NCBI GenBank assembly: GCA_900617105.1
Contig: UYFQ01000448.1
Location: 1 to 32,926 of the forward strand
Length of the DNA: 32,926 bases
Direction of reading: 5' to 3'
Source: Hydrurus foetidus
Lineage: Eukaryota
In this document: positions 21,801 to 32,873 of the stretch, one piece after another
Layout of the letters: every line of letters starts with the position of its first letter
Position numbering within the stretch: position 1 is the first letter of the stretch
Notes under the pieces: generated by a model
What the model was told of the DNA's origin: nothing
The model's database searches: none
Seen by the model: only the letters and a program-made list of their open reading frames with translations
Program-made: the position numbers and the translations under genes

Positions 21801-22704
21801 AGGGTTTGTAAAAGATCTCATTGAGGGGTGCACGGACATGCCGGGCACGGCTACCACTCCTGCACGACCCAATCTGTTTGCTATACCTGACGAATCTAAC
21901 CCATTATTACCTGATGACTTGCGTGAGCGTTTCCACTCCATTACAGCAAAGCTACTGTACCTGAGTAAGAGGACTAGGCCGGACATTCTCACGGCTGTAG
22001 CATTCCTCACCAAGCGGGTGCTGAAGCCCCAAAGGGATGACTACGACAAGCTGTCCCGTACGATCCAGTACATACGGGGTACCCAGCACATGGGTATTAC
22101 ATTTGAAGTACATGAACCTATCCATGTTACTGCATATATCGACGCATCCTTTGCCATACACCCCGACATGAAAAGCCACACAGGTAGCGTGGTCACATTG
22201 GGGAAGGGGGCAATTTATGCCAAGAGCGGGACACAGCGCCTGATGACCAAGTCCAGCACAGAGGCTGAGCTAGTCGCACTCAGCGACGCCGCCAACCAAG
22301 TGCTATGGACCAGGAACTTCCTGGAGAGCCAAGGACACCCACAGCCTCCCGCACTAGTGTACCAGGACAACCAGTCCACGATACAGCTAATTCGTAACGG
22401 TCGTTCTAATAGTGAACGTACACGTCACGTCGACATACGGTATTTTTTCCTGCACGACAGGATTACCACAGGCGATATCGACATTGTCTACATACCTACT
22501 ACTGATATGATCGCCGATATCCTAACCAAGCCATTGCAGGGGGAGCTATTTAGGAAGCTGAGGAAGCAGCTACTCAACATCCCCCCCCTCTCCATTACCT
22601 ATGCAGAAGGCTGCAAGACTGAGGATCACGTGGACCCATCACCTACTCCCACGCGGCAAAAGACAAACCCACACTTCCAATACCCATCTGCGAAGAAGAC
22701 TTGA
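18841..22704 (+). CDS. pol: Copia B Pol (PR-IN-RT-RNase H), in the -1 frame relative to gag
   Basis: PR ILLDTCAGES; IN YIDIMF / IRVDGE / VVERKIR; RT KSRLVAGG, VDFPGAFL, ALYGCVES, HVDD; RH YIDASFA, EAELVA, YQDNQS, IADILTK. No internal stops. Confidence 0.96.
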   Translation, partial: GKLNTLHYSSPTYAPPHTHTPVHALTPTGPRLADSTSGVESCDRIVFSANTCNIYNAIKTKHILLDTCAGESVFNDSSLLYNVKSATTPMIVSGVNPKGKPLIVKERGESAFGNVYYSPDCAGNILSFGNAVRDCTDVMYLHDHDCYIVQDVTGNYFYRFSRDESMNIYQCNLDTMVTKCMPLLVTTVEEKKKKYTVREVRDASLARDYQRRLGYASAAQTIKLISQGNLTNSKVTARDVHRAVDIWGPDIGSLKGKTTSHQAKLEEKLPLIGTEYKTEQIMYIDIMFVNQIPYLVSVVQPIEFLFVSKLAKRDHKTLWNSLKTAIAGMTKYHFKIKMIRVDGEGAINTEWFHNKVSLRGIILDVTGAGEAVAVVERKIRHIKERVRSVINTLPFELSEKLEVWLVKYAVSRIVLAPTRNSIDHISPREKLSGRKIDVDKEIKHGFGDYVQVHNDVIDNSTKPRTAGAIALMSSGNLEGSWYYMLLANEQIVKRTKATVLPMPNEVVLHLNSLAANRKTANVKQPVFENSHTVFDDDDDIDDDPEYIGDIEYDTIDESADAEETDEITEDNQHVNNDTYPEPQQYMYDENNPPTLDEYVDDTLYTNDTTHTNDELYYDNHTHDNANQYETHERSPRYDQALIDDIFGISDDENDFDDVTAQPEVFSPPSVIETEYDLPDSVSPLLRRSGRNHQLGKWNRKYVGSMFYKNTSLYKMTVSEGINKLGVLAVDSITSELKQMCDKDVWEGVTYESLTPKQKRTIIPSSMFLKEKYTADGMFEKLKSRLVAGGHLQDRDVYNNGASPTASTSSVFILTAIAAKQNRAIATVDFPGAFLNSDMPLTGDHVVYMRLNKQLTAALIQIDATYNKYINKNGTCIVKLKKALYGCVESAKLWYDKLSSDLNKLNYTANEYDICVFNRTETDNSQTSLVIHVDDMIITASTESCVDEVIKQIETIYPGLTKHRGKVLNYIGMTFDFNNEGVVKMTMEGFVKDLIEGCTDMPGTATTPARPNLFAIPDESNPLLPDDLRERFHSITAKLLYLSKRTRPDILTAVAFLTKRVLKPQRDDYDKLSRTIQYIRGTQHMGITFEVHEPIHVTAYIDASFAIHPDMKSHTGSVVTLGKGAIYAKSGTQRLMTKSSTEAELVALSDAANQVLWTRNFLESQGHPQPPALVYQDNQSTIQLIRNGRSNSERTRHVDIRYFFLHDRITTGDIDIVYIPTTDMIADILTKPLQGELFRKLRKQLLNIPPLSITYAEGCKTEDHVDPSPTPTRQKTNPHFQYPSAKKT

Positions 22705-23350
22705 TGCCAGCGACGAAGACACCAAGACTACATCACTCCCTACTGCCCCCCTCCATCATACCCTACTAAACCACCGCTGTCCGCTTCAGCCGAAGACTGA
22801 TTCAGAAGACCCCAAGACTCCGTCATTCCTGCTGCACCCCTCCATCCATTCCTACTACCCCATCAGTGCGCATCATGACAAAGACCCCAAGACTCCATCT
22901 GTTCCTTCTACCCCCCTCCGTCATTTTCCTACTGCCCCGCCAAGTGAGAATCGAAACCAAGACCCAAACACTCAAGACCCCAAGAAAATCCTGACAGAGA
23001 CACGACGAGCGAGGAGCGTGGACCAGACCCAAGAAAGAAGTGCGGAGTGCAGCGATTTACCCAGTTAGGAAATTGCCTTCATTGCATTCTTATGTGTGTT
23101 ACTAAAAAATCTTTTAGCGCGTTTTTAATTCTACTCTCATGAGGATCAGTCAGACCTTATGATACTAACATTACCCTGTGTGTAATAAATTATCTAACGT
23201 CACAACTAACACCAACCTCACCATTACCCTACTTCCCTACCCTACAAAATCATGCTATGATACACCACCTGTGCAACTCCATGTAAACGGAGTATTTTTG
23301 AACTACTGCGTTTTCATATCCACATACATCAACCCGACGACTCACGCCAT

Positions 23351-23357
23351 AGGGGTG
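23351..23357 (+). promoter_or_regulatory. Short polypurine tract AGGGGTG
   Basis: Directly precedes the 3' LTR. Confidence 0.7.
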
Positions 23358-23723
23358 TGTCGGAATAACTGTGTGATAAGTAACCGTATAAGTTATTACG
23401 TATGTACATTTAATGACGTTTCGTACGTCGTGTGCCACGTGGAGGTCGCTACTCCACCGGTCCAAGTTCTTTTTCCACATCCAGGAACATTAAAAATGAA
23501 AGTACACCATGTTTGACTGTGCGGGACAGATCGAATTTCTCGACTGTCTCCATGAACGATGTAAGCTACGTTGCATTGTTAATTACTTTAAACTCCAAAC
23601 CAAACCCACTTTCGCCTTGAGCCCGGGAAAGTGACCAGAAGCCAGGTTGAAGTTGCAGAAGGAGAGCGGACCCAGGAAGGATTTAGTTGCCCATTCAGTG
23701 GAACTAAAGCGTGGACTCCGACA
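23358..23723 (+). repeat. Copia B 3' LTR
   Basis: No differences from the 5' LTR found by eye. Confidence 0.98.
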
Positions 23724-23839
23724 GCAGCACCCGCAGCACATTGAATGACACATTTGATACTAGTTGTTTTAAGAAACAAGACCCTTTTCGGACTGATGTG
23801 CAATGGATTGTATGAGTAAGCGTCTCGAAGCCCTGACAG

Positions 23840-24776
23840 ATGGCAACTGCTGCTCTCATTTGCGTTGCATTTTGTTCTGTTTACGCCCAAGCATTTCGAC
23901 TTTCACCAAAGTCTTCTCTTAACTGTTTGTGGTCTGGTACGGCAGTAAGTAGTAGATGTCACAGCAGAACGTTTTCATCGGTGAGGCCTGAGATAAACCC
24001 AGGGCAAACAAAGAGGAGAGACGTAATTTCCTATGTTAGCAGTGCTTTGGGGGCCGCATTGGCGACAGCTGTTTTCATAAAACCACCACCAGCGATGGCA
24101 ACGGATTTTATCGAATCAACTTACAGGGATTACTCGAATGGATTCTCTCTATTAGTGGAGCCTGGATGGTCGATTATGCCCCGGAAAACTCCCACGCCAA
24201 CAATGCTGCAGTTCCAATCAGAGGAAGTTCTCTTTACTGGGTCGCGTTTTAACGAAGATGGTGGAGCTTCCAGTTTATCTGTTACTAGGTCTAATGCTGC
24301 CAGACTCCTAAAAGATTTCGATATCGAATGGTGGTTTGCACCATTGAAAAAAATGGCCGATTTAGGCTCTGCAGAGCTAATCGCCGGATTACTTATATTA
24401 CAAAGGCAAGGCGAGGTACGTGATACTAATCATTGTACACTTGCACTGTATGTTGATCAAAGTATGAGACGACATCTGAGCTCACTCAATATCACTAACC
24501 ATCCGCGATTAAATACAGTTCGAAAAGCGTGAATCGCCGAGCTCAGTTAACAATGCCAAAATCGTCGATGATATCCTTACTTTTGATTTTACCACACCCT
24601 TGGGATCTATTTACGTCCGAAGAACCGACGTGAAGGCTTACTTACGTGACGGCAAGTTAATAGTTGTCTGGTTATCCGCACTGACAACGTTCTGGGAAGG
24701 CGAGTACGGTCAAAAGTTAGGGCTGATCAAGGACTCATTTAAACTGGAGGATGTGGAGAGAAGGCCCGAAAAGTGA
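23840..24776 (+). CDS. Nuclear-encoded plastid thylakoid-lumen protein, probably PsbP-domain family; exons 23840-24415 and 24519-24776 (277 aa)
   Basis: Signal peptide ending AQA-F (ASAFAP-like), Ser/Arg-rich transit peptide, twin-Arg (KRRDVI) + hydrophobic stretch + AMA cleavage site, then YRDYSNGFSLLVEPGW and DLGSAE as in PsbP-like proteins. Phase-0 GT-AG intron with a CACTAAC branch point. Confidence 0.75.
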
Positions 24777-25212
24777 TGTGCTGTATTGCAATATCAACTT
24801 CGGAAACAGAAACGTTATATCAGCATGAGGCATTAATTTCCAGAGGCAATTGTGTTGTAGGATCAGATGCCGCAATGGATTAATGAGTCTATGAGCAGAA
24901 GTTTCAAAATCGTGTTTAACTTCTTCGTATCCATTTACATGTCATTTTACAGCGTAATAACATCTTCTAAAAAGACTTCACGTTCTCCTACTTAAGAATC
25001 TGGTAAGAGTAATTTGGAAATGACGAAAAGAATATCCCTCCGATGGCAAAGTCCACCCTATGAAATCATAGAAATGAGTTCATGCTGACTGAAGAATGTG
25101 TTCGTATTGGGTACATCGTCGACATCTTTCAGACTTTGCTTGTATGTGCATCCTCAAAGCAAATAAATCCTGGAAACACGTAATGAAGATAGGACAAATG
25201 ATTTCACTCGTC

Positions 25213-27525
25213 CTACTTGAGGACGACATTCAAGGGTTGCGTCCGATCAACCAGATACTGTACGGCTTCAGGAAAGTTGATCGTCACAACAGGCAACAAA
25301 GTCTCTCTCACTCTCTTGTGGTACGTATCCACCCATGCGATCTCTTCTTTCGTGAGCATGTGAAGCGCAATCAAGTTAGTTGCAATCGGTGCTAGTGTAA
25401 CTGTTTCCAAAGCGCAGCTTTTCTTTCCGGCAAATTCGTTCGATGCCTCCGCATCCACAACAATGCACACTGTTTCAATGCGAATACCAAAATTTCCTTC
25501 TTCGTAAAATCCTACAAATCATGGGTTATAAACGAATTTTATGGTTCAGAACTTAACTGTCGAGACTTTTCGATGGTTTTAAATTTTGGATGATAAGTGC
25601 GATCCCTCAGACATCCAAATCAAACCTACTGTACAGGCATCAATCAAAACTGTTCACAACTGACTCACCAGGCTCGTTTGAAGTGGTCATGCCGATTTGA
25701 AAACCCTGGAAACGAAATGCATATGTCATGAAGGGGTATTAGGAGCAAGACAGGAGGGGTCACGCCTACTACCCTACAATGAGATAAATATGTCATGCTA
25801 TAAAGGGGCGCATACCAGTTCGTTATCTCTCTTCCGGAAACCGATTGCCTGGGGCCCCTCATGCACGTTTAGGTATGCCCCTACACCGTGTCCCGTGCTG
25901 TGGTTGTAGTCGAGACCGGCTGCCCACAAGGGAATTCTCGCGAGACAGTCTATGCGGTGACCCAACGTGCCTTCCGGGAAGACAGCTCGGGCAAGGGCAA
26001 TGTGACCCTGACAAGTTGGTATCAATCAATTTAAAGATGAAGCTAATGAGCGATGAGAGATTTATGTCCTCGGGAATAGGTCGATGATTATGAATCAGGA
26101 CGTCACCTGTAGCACCAGTGTGTAGCACATCTTCTCTCTATCTGATGGAGTCCCGAAATGCAATGTTCGAGTAACGTCTGTTGTTCCGTCAAGATACTGT
26201 CCGCCCGAATCCAAGAGAAACATGGCACCATCACCGGTGCGTAATGTGGCTGCTGTTGCTTTCTCTGGCTTGTAGTGGATTATAGCACCGTTGGCTGCGA
26301 AGCCTGCTATTGTATCGAATGAAGGCCCCATATGCTTGCCTGCCCTCTTTCTGAATGTCTCAATGGTAGTGGCAACGTCGTACTCAGTCACACTGCTGCC
26401 TTCAGCATTAACGGCACCTTCAAGCCAGCAGAGGAACGCAGTAAGAGCTGCCCCGTCTCGCACATGACTTGCACGGATCCCAGCTAGCTCAGCACTGTTT
26501 TTCACTGATTTCAGTAGGCTAATTGGTGAGGCAACCTCAATCAATGTGCTCTGATCTTTTCCGTTACTGCAAGTTTGAATTGCCCCATACAGCCGCCAGT
26601 TTAATTGTGTCGGATCGACAAGTACTTTACCCAGATGCGCTTGTTCGATGACGAACTCTTCGATAGATTCGTAGGGATGTAGCACAATGCCACCAGTCGA
26701 AAGATGCTCCGAGACGGAGGGTTCGGTCAGTTTGTTCGAGTCAATAAATAAATGAGCACCATCCAGAGTCACAACAACATACGCCAGCGCCACCGGGTTG
26801 TACGCAATATCATTGCCGCGAATATTAAGTAACCAAGCGATCTAGCACATCGAAATTAAAAGAGCTGTTGTTAGTGACATGAGCTACCCAGAAAGGAGTT
26901 CAATTATAGAGCGTACCTCGTCGAGCATGCTGACGATCATAGATGTCGCTTTGACTGCCCGAATGCGTTCCTGTAGTGTCTGGATCTTCATCTTGTGTTC
27001 AATACCAGCAACGGAAATATCGTGGACTTTGACGAGTCCGCAAGGAAATGGTGGTCGGGAGCCCTCTGCATTCCAGACGGTGTCAACGGGGTTGGATTTC
27101 ATCGCTTTCAGAATGATGCCGTGAGGCCCTAGAATAGCAGCAATTTTCTTCGCCTGTTCTGTAGAGATTAGGGACGCATCCACGCCCACATTCTCATCTT
27201 TTTTCATGTTCGCTACGAGCCAGTCATTCATATCGAGAACGCTAGGCTCCCCGCTTTTCATGAGTGTCCAATCTTCTGAGAGCTCCATCTTGGCTTGCAA
27301 GAAATATCGCCCATCAGTCCACAGAAGAGCTTTGTCCTTGAGAATCAAGGCAGTGCCGGCACTGCCCGAGAAACCAGTTATGAATTGTCTCCTCATATCT
27401 GAGTTACAGACATACTCTGACTGATGCGCATCCCCGGAACCGACAATGAAAGCGTCGACATCGTTACGGGAAAGCTCCTCGCGAAGGCTTGACAGTAGAC
27501 TCCTCTGTTTTTTGTTAGGCGACAT
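25213..27525 (-). CDS. XPNPEP1: Xaa-Pro aminopeptidase (aminopeptidase P1, M24 family); exons 27525-26917, 26841-26107, 26007-25816, 25705-25669, 25511-25213
   Basis: Motifs DAHQSEY, WTDGRYFLQA, DSGGQYLDGTTDVTRT, HSTGHGVGAYLNVHEGP and SNEPG|FYEEGNFGIRIE. Four GT-AG introns restore the frame. Confidence 0.95.
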
Positions 27526-28046
27526 GGTTCTACACAAGTAGCTGCTATTTCGGTACACCTGTATCTGATTACGCTGAGCGACAAAAGTTGCTATTTGACA
27601 ATGTAGTCGAGTTGATCCTTCAACTCACTCCTTGTACTGAGTTCGGTTGCTACGTAAGGAAGGAATGGAATTGCAAATATTTCCATGACGGTCTCGATGA
27701 TCACAATTAAAACGAAGTGTGTCGTGTGCCGTGTGTTGGAAATCTGGGCGATTTACACGGAATTTCTTCCGAGTTCCCAAACGATCCCTGCACTTCCGAC
27801 TGCTAGCAACGCTTGCTCAAAAGAGAAGACAACGTTCTATTCGGTAAGTTGGATTAAACGACAGTGACATGCTGTCGATTACATCTAGGTAGCATAACAT
27901 GAGTGCGAGGGTTGCGGTCAATGTTATAGCTGAATGTACGTAGACCCGTGCATGAAAACAATCATGCATCATACAGGGTACAAGATCCTAGTCTAATCCG
28001 GATATCCCAACACACCCCCATGCACCGGTTGCAAGATCGTGCGACC

Positions 28047-31000
28047 CCAGTGCTGCCGTAAACTCCGACGTGGGCGTAAACTCCGACGTATTTTTGATTT
28101 TTAATTTTCATTTTGGGAATAATATGCCATGAAACTGCACATATCTCAACCCCCTGTGCCATTGATACCACTAGAACTCTACAGAACGTGGACAGAACTC
28201 ACCTTTTGAACTTCTGAAGTATGGCTGAAAGTGTTCCTGAAGTATTTGCGCCATTTAATCTGCGAAACAAAGTTCTGTATCGAAATTTATCGAAACATTC
28301 CTTCACTGTCGATGAAAAGACCTTCATCGGCTCAGAGGCAGGAGGAATCACGTCACTGTTAATATGGGGTACAGAGAAAAATGCTATCCTCCGAAGGATA
28401 GCAACAAGACACTCTATTCCCGTCTCAACAGTGCGGGAGTGGATGAATAAGGTGGCAAGATCGTTACCAATAACGAATAAAATTGGTCGACCAAGTGCGA
28501 TGGATGAAGAGGCTATTCAAAAATTCCAGAACACTCTGGAATTGCGAAGAACAGTCGAAAACGCTGTGCCATTCGCAGAGACTGTTGAATTATTGGGTGT
28601 GGGAGCTACGGAAACAAAGATGCGACAAGGAAAACGGGGTGCAGCAGCCATATCGATCATGTGTCCGACGACACAGAAAAAATTGTTCAAGCAGTGCCAT
28701 GTGGTTAAAGTGAAGCCACAAATATTGACTGATGCAAGAAATAGAGCTTGTCGCTGCCCTAGAATATCTTACATATGGGGCTGCGTTTGCATGGCATATT
28801 CTTCTAACTTACGCGCTGAACAAAAGTGGAATGCAGATGCGACTACTATAGTCGTAAGCGAGTCGGGAACAGGATCATACGTCTGCGTAATCAAAGACAA
28901 TCACAATACAGACCCAGTGTCATCCTCAGCACTTCCTGACAATCTGAATCTCTTAGTCAAATGGTTCGCTCTCAACAATGCGGGAGGGGAATCTGGACCG
29001 CTTGTTCTCATATTCGCAGTCCCCTCCATGGAAGAGGGTACCTACTTTGCAACGCAAGTCTTAAGCATGGGATCGACATCTGCGATCGGCGAGAAAGGTT
29101 GGTTGTACTGCGCAAAGACAAGAGGAGGATGCCCAGATATGTGGATTCATCACTATACACACATTACTGTTCCAACGATACAATTTTCAAATGACTGTCA
29201 GAAGAATAAGGTACGTTACAATCATGAATTATTATTACATTATTCACGTATGCAGAACAAATCTGGTGATAAGAATTTGTAACACTATGCAGAACATTGA
29301 TGGCACTCCTATGAGAAACTTTTACAGCCAGGACGGTGAGGCTGAGATCCTTATCCCAGCCATGACCGAGGTGGTCCAAGCTGCCTTCCAGGGAGCCAAC
29401 ACCGACTTCGTCAAAGGCCCTCCGTCTGCCACAGGAATCCACCAAGCCAACGACCGCAACAGCGCCTTTCGAGATACAAAAGCAGGCATGGCAACAGTGA
29501 CTAAAGGTGGAATAGATTGTTCTAATCCGACACTTGCTGCAAACGTAAGAAAGGCATTATGCGCACTCAAGCAGCAATATCCTCACACTGTAATATCGAG
29601 TGCAAATGTATCCAAGATTATAGCAGCAATTGAGACGCTAACATATGTACAGAAAAATGGATATGTACAAGCGCGCAAGCATGTGGAAAGTTATAAGGTG
29701 AGCTCTATCATTAGTCAAAGTGTATACTAAGTCATCTGCCAGTAACGGTAACTATGCTTACCACCTAGATATGCGGTCAACATGTCGTTCCTTCCCCCAT
29801 TAGCACGAAGAGGACTGTCCTTGGCTACGCTGATTCAACAGTCTGCCTAGAAACGGTGATGCATCAATGCTACTCCCATATCAGCGAGCCGGACATGAAC
29901 CACATGTTTCTTCAAGCCCCTGAAGTGATTCAGATGATCAGGACAAATGGTTGCGTTAAGGATGTTCAGCTCGATGAACTCGGGATATGCAAGCTTCAAG
30001 GAAATATGCATATAAATAGAGATGATCTCGTTACGTGGAGGCAGCACGCACACGTCATGAGCCATGCTGCATCGAAAGAGAAATTTGTGGACTACTTACT
30101 CATGCGCAATGAGAGGAACGACCCTGCTCTCCAACAGCAAAGAAAAATGCAAGAGCAGGCAGCGAAGGTGATTCAGCGTGCAGCAGCTGCACAAGAAAAA
30201 GCAGAGAAGGCAATTCGTGAGAGAGCCAGTAAAGTAGCAGAAAAAGCAGCAGAAAAAGCAAGAAGGAATGCACTCTCTGCAGCAGACAAGAGTATTGAGG
30301 ATTACGCTAAAAAGTTAGAAATAGCACAAAGAAAAGTGGCCAAAACCTTTGAGGCTGAGCGGAGACTACGCACCGCACTTGGAGTCGCGGCCCAATTCGC
30401 TGCTCCACTGCAAAACATCCCTGAAATTAATTAAAGTGGTGATTATGATTTCTGCATCTGCATTTATTTTGGGTGCTGTTGTATGTACTGAAAGTTTTGA
30501 TTGCTCTTGTGATACAGTTCTTCACATTTATCAAAGGTCAGTTCAAATGAATTTGACCGTCTATGTATGTACTAAGTAATACGATTGTGCTGTAATTAAA
30601 GTGTGTGTACCTGGAGTGTACGACCGACGTCGATACAATTCTCACCGATGCCTCTAGCACTGATGGCTGCACCGTCACGGACAATTCCACAGACACGAAG
30701 TCCAGAGGCGACATTCTCATCGATGCCACGGCTGCACCCTCATGGACAAAGTCATCGACACCTAGTCTAAAAGCAACATCGACACCAACGGTGCGACATA
30801 AAATTTGTCGACTTCTTTTGCACCTCATGACGAGATGTTAGCTCGATGGCGCTGCCAGCAACGATCTGACAGAGTTTTATAGATCAGGAAGTATGGTCAG
30901 TGTCGCTTTAGATAAAATTTCGACTTCTGAGTTCAGCTATGTCATAAGATGTCAATATCAAAATTTCAAACAAGAATTGTTGCTGCAGCATGTGATCGTT

Positions 31001-31374
31001 ATTCCATCCTTCAGCGTTAAAAATCAACCGGTATGACCATCTAACAAGGCCATCAAACTGGAAAATGATCACAAGTTTGTCGTCACGTCAAGGTTGATGT
31101 CGATATCGGAAATAATTTCTTCGATTTCGCAGCAGAGAATTCAGAACATCGTTTCTCCATCTCATTTCATGACCGATTTACCTGTTGCAAAAAGCGCTGT
31201 GAAGCTGAGAAACCAAGAAACTCTAGCTTCAGGAGCGCCCTTCTTCATGATCCCAGTGTAAAAATTGATAAAGTTATGCCATATTTTGCAAATGCTGTGT
31301 ATGGAGAAGTTACTGACTACAGTTCAAAAATACGTCGGAGTTTACGCCCACGTCGGAGTTTACGGCAGCACTGG
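28047..31374 (+). mobile_element. Autonomous-looking cut-and-paste DNA transposon (pogo/Tc1-mariner-like transposase) with 51-bp perfect TIRs
   Basis: TIRs at 28047-28097 and 31324-31374 (ccagtgctgccgtaaactccgacgtgggcgtaaactccgacgtatttttga), each with a doubled CGTAAACTCCGACGT. Flanked by GACC/GACC, or by AC/AC if the ends are CCCAG. Confidence 0.92.
28221..30434 (+). CDS. DDD transposase; exons 28221-29210, 29293-29697, 29769-30434 (686 aa)
   Basis: HTH + GRP motif (RIATRHSIPVSTVREW...IGRPS), KWNADATT, YSQDGE, PPSATGIHQAND, ESYK|ICG and a coiled-coil C-terminus. Two phase-0 GT-AG introns join the three ORFs in frame. Confidence 0.82.
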
Positions 31375-32660
31375 GACCCGCTCCGCACTCAAAACGGGAT
31401 TATTTGATAACGTAAATTATCACTTTGATGTCTTTTCAGAGTAGATTTACACTGACTCTCGATTGCCAGAACCACTACTGACGGTGAGTTTAGTGATAGT
31501 TAGTTTTCATTGAAATTATGTCAAAAAATTGTTACGTGATTCTCCGCAGAATGGATGCAAGTTTTATCATCATTTATGGTCATCTCTGCAACCAGAGCGA
31601 TTAACAGTGAGGTTCCGCAGTCTAGTATGGTACTAAAAGCTCCTGATAGCTGGTGCACTTAAAGCGAGGGAAGTCGATTTCGCCTCCTGACTGTCTTTAC
31701 GCAGTTGCCAGCAAGGTCGCCAGAGATCGGAGACTGATTTTAACCTAATATATCGATTAGAATCAGTCTCCGACAATCTCTGGCGATCTTGCTGCTCCGT
31801 CAGAGAGGCTTTGTAGCGTAAAGACGAGGGTCAGGAGGGGCGAAAATCGACTTCCGCTCGATAGCGATTTAAGTGCACCAGCTATCGCAGAATACTTTTA
31901 GTACCATACTAGAGAAGAATCAACCTTTTAATCACTGTTAATCGCTCTGGTTACAGAGATTTGACCATAAATGATGATAAAAACTTGCATCCATTCTGCG
32001 GAGAATCACGTAACAATTTTTTGACATAATTTCAATGAAAACTAACTACATCACTAAACTCACCGTGGTCGAATTAGTGGAAGTGAGTTGACCACTTGCA
32101 AGCTCTAGCAGTCAGTGTTGTGGAAATCTACTCTGAAAAGACCCCATCAAAAAGTGATAATTTACGTGTTTGTGACTGTATCAAATAATCCAAAAACGGG
32201 TCGCACGATCTTGCAACCGGTGCATGATGTTTATTGTTTGAATAAGTGAATATGTTAATTAGCATATGCTTGTATAGCCTAGCTGTGTTAAATCTGATGA
32301 TATTTTATCATACCATAACTTAGCTGACTCTACACATCCATATAATGCTTTCTTAAGTTTCCCTACTAATGTTCCTTTTTCATTTATATACTTCTGATAA
32401 TGCAGCGCTGTCGGAGTCACTACTCATGATTGCTTCTGTACAGAGGAATAGAAAGTGAGGTGGTTTCTAGGCCATGGCAACATAAAGGACCACATTGCGA
32501 CAACTTTCGTGTCTGTGCGAAGAGGAAAAGCGCCAAATAAGTCTTGGTTTTAAAGGTCGGTTTCTCACGGTTTGGTTCTACGCATAATTTTGTATAGGTG
32601 CGGTGTTAGGGGGCCGATACCCGTATAAGAGTCTTTATAGGGCTCCAGGTGGATAATAGT

Positions 32661-32774
32661 GTGGCATTCTGCCTTGTGCGAACATCCTGTTCTACCATTC
32701 CGCTACAAAAGGGAGGGCCCCCGCTTTTGTAGCGGAATGGTAGAACAGGATGTTCAAACAAGGCAGAATGCCAC
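32661..32774. repeat. 114-bp near-perfect hairpin (possible tiny MITE)
   Basis: Arms gtggcattctgccttgt..gaacatcctgttctaccattccgctacaaaag and its complement; flanked by the direct repeat AATAGT. Confidence 0.8.
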
Positions 32775-32777
32775 AAT

Positions 32778-32873
32778 AGTAATTTCGACCCGAGACCGTA
32801 AAATCGGCCATTTTTTCATCCCGAGGATGAAACAATGTAGCCGATTTTACGGTGTCGAGGGTCGAATATTACT
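32778..32873. repeat. Second imperfect hairpin (~96 bp) abutting the first
   Basis: agtaat-ttcgaccc..accgtaaaatcggc..ttcatcc pairs with ggatgaa..gccgattttacggt..gggtcgaa-attact. Confidence 0.75.

Larger units (their letters stand above)
17347..23723 (+). mobile_element. Intact full-length Ty1/Copia LTR retrotransposon 'Copia B' (6377 bp)
   Basis: Two 366-bp LTRs, 5-bp TSD GCAGC (17342-17346 and 23724-23728), and open gag and pol ORFs in PR-IN-RT-RH order. Confidence 0.98.
28023..32222. mobile_element. Non-autonomous foldback element (~870 bp net), left arm interrupted by the DDD transposon
   Basis: 28023-28046 plus 31379-~31743 is the reverse complement of ~31757-32222. Termini are CACCGG...CCGGTG, flanked by CATG on both sides. 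Confidence 0.75.

Noticed and set aside
22601..23068. 155-aa ORF after pol as an env-like gene
   Set aside because: No signal peptide or transmembrane segment; explained by C-rich UTR repeats.
27526..27558. N-terminal extension of aminopeptidase P
   Set aside because: It starts at GTG; the first ATG is at 27525.
30538..31282. Second gene inside the DNA transposon
   Set aside because: Only short ORFs (Thr/Ser-rich 78 aa; 96 aa antisense); I could not build a convincing spliced model or recognise a motif.
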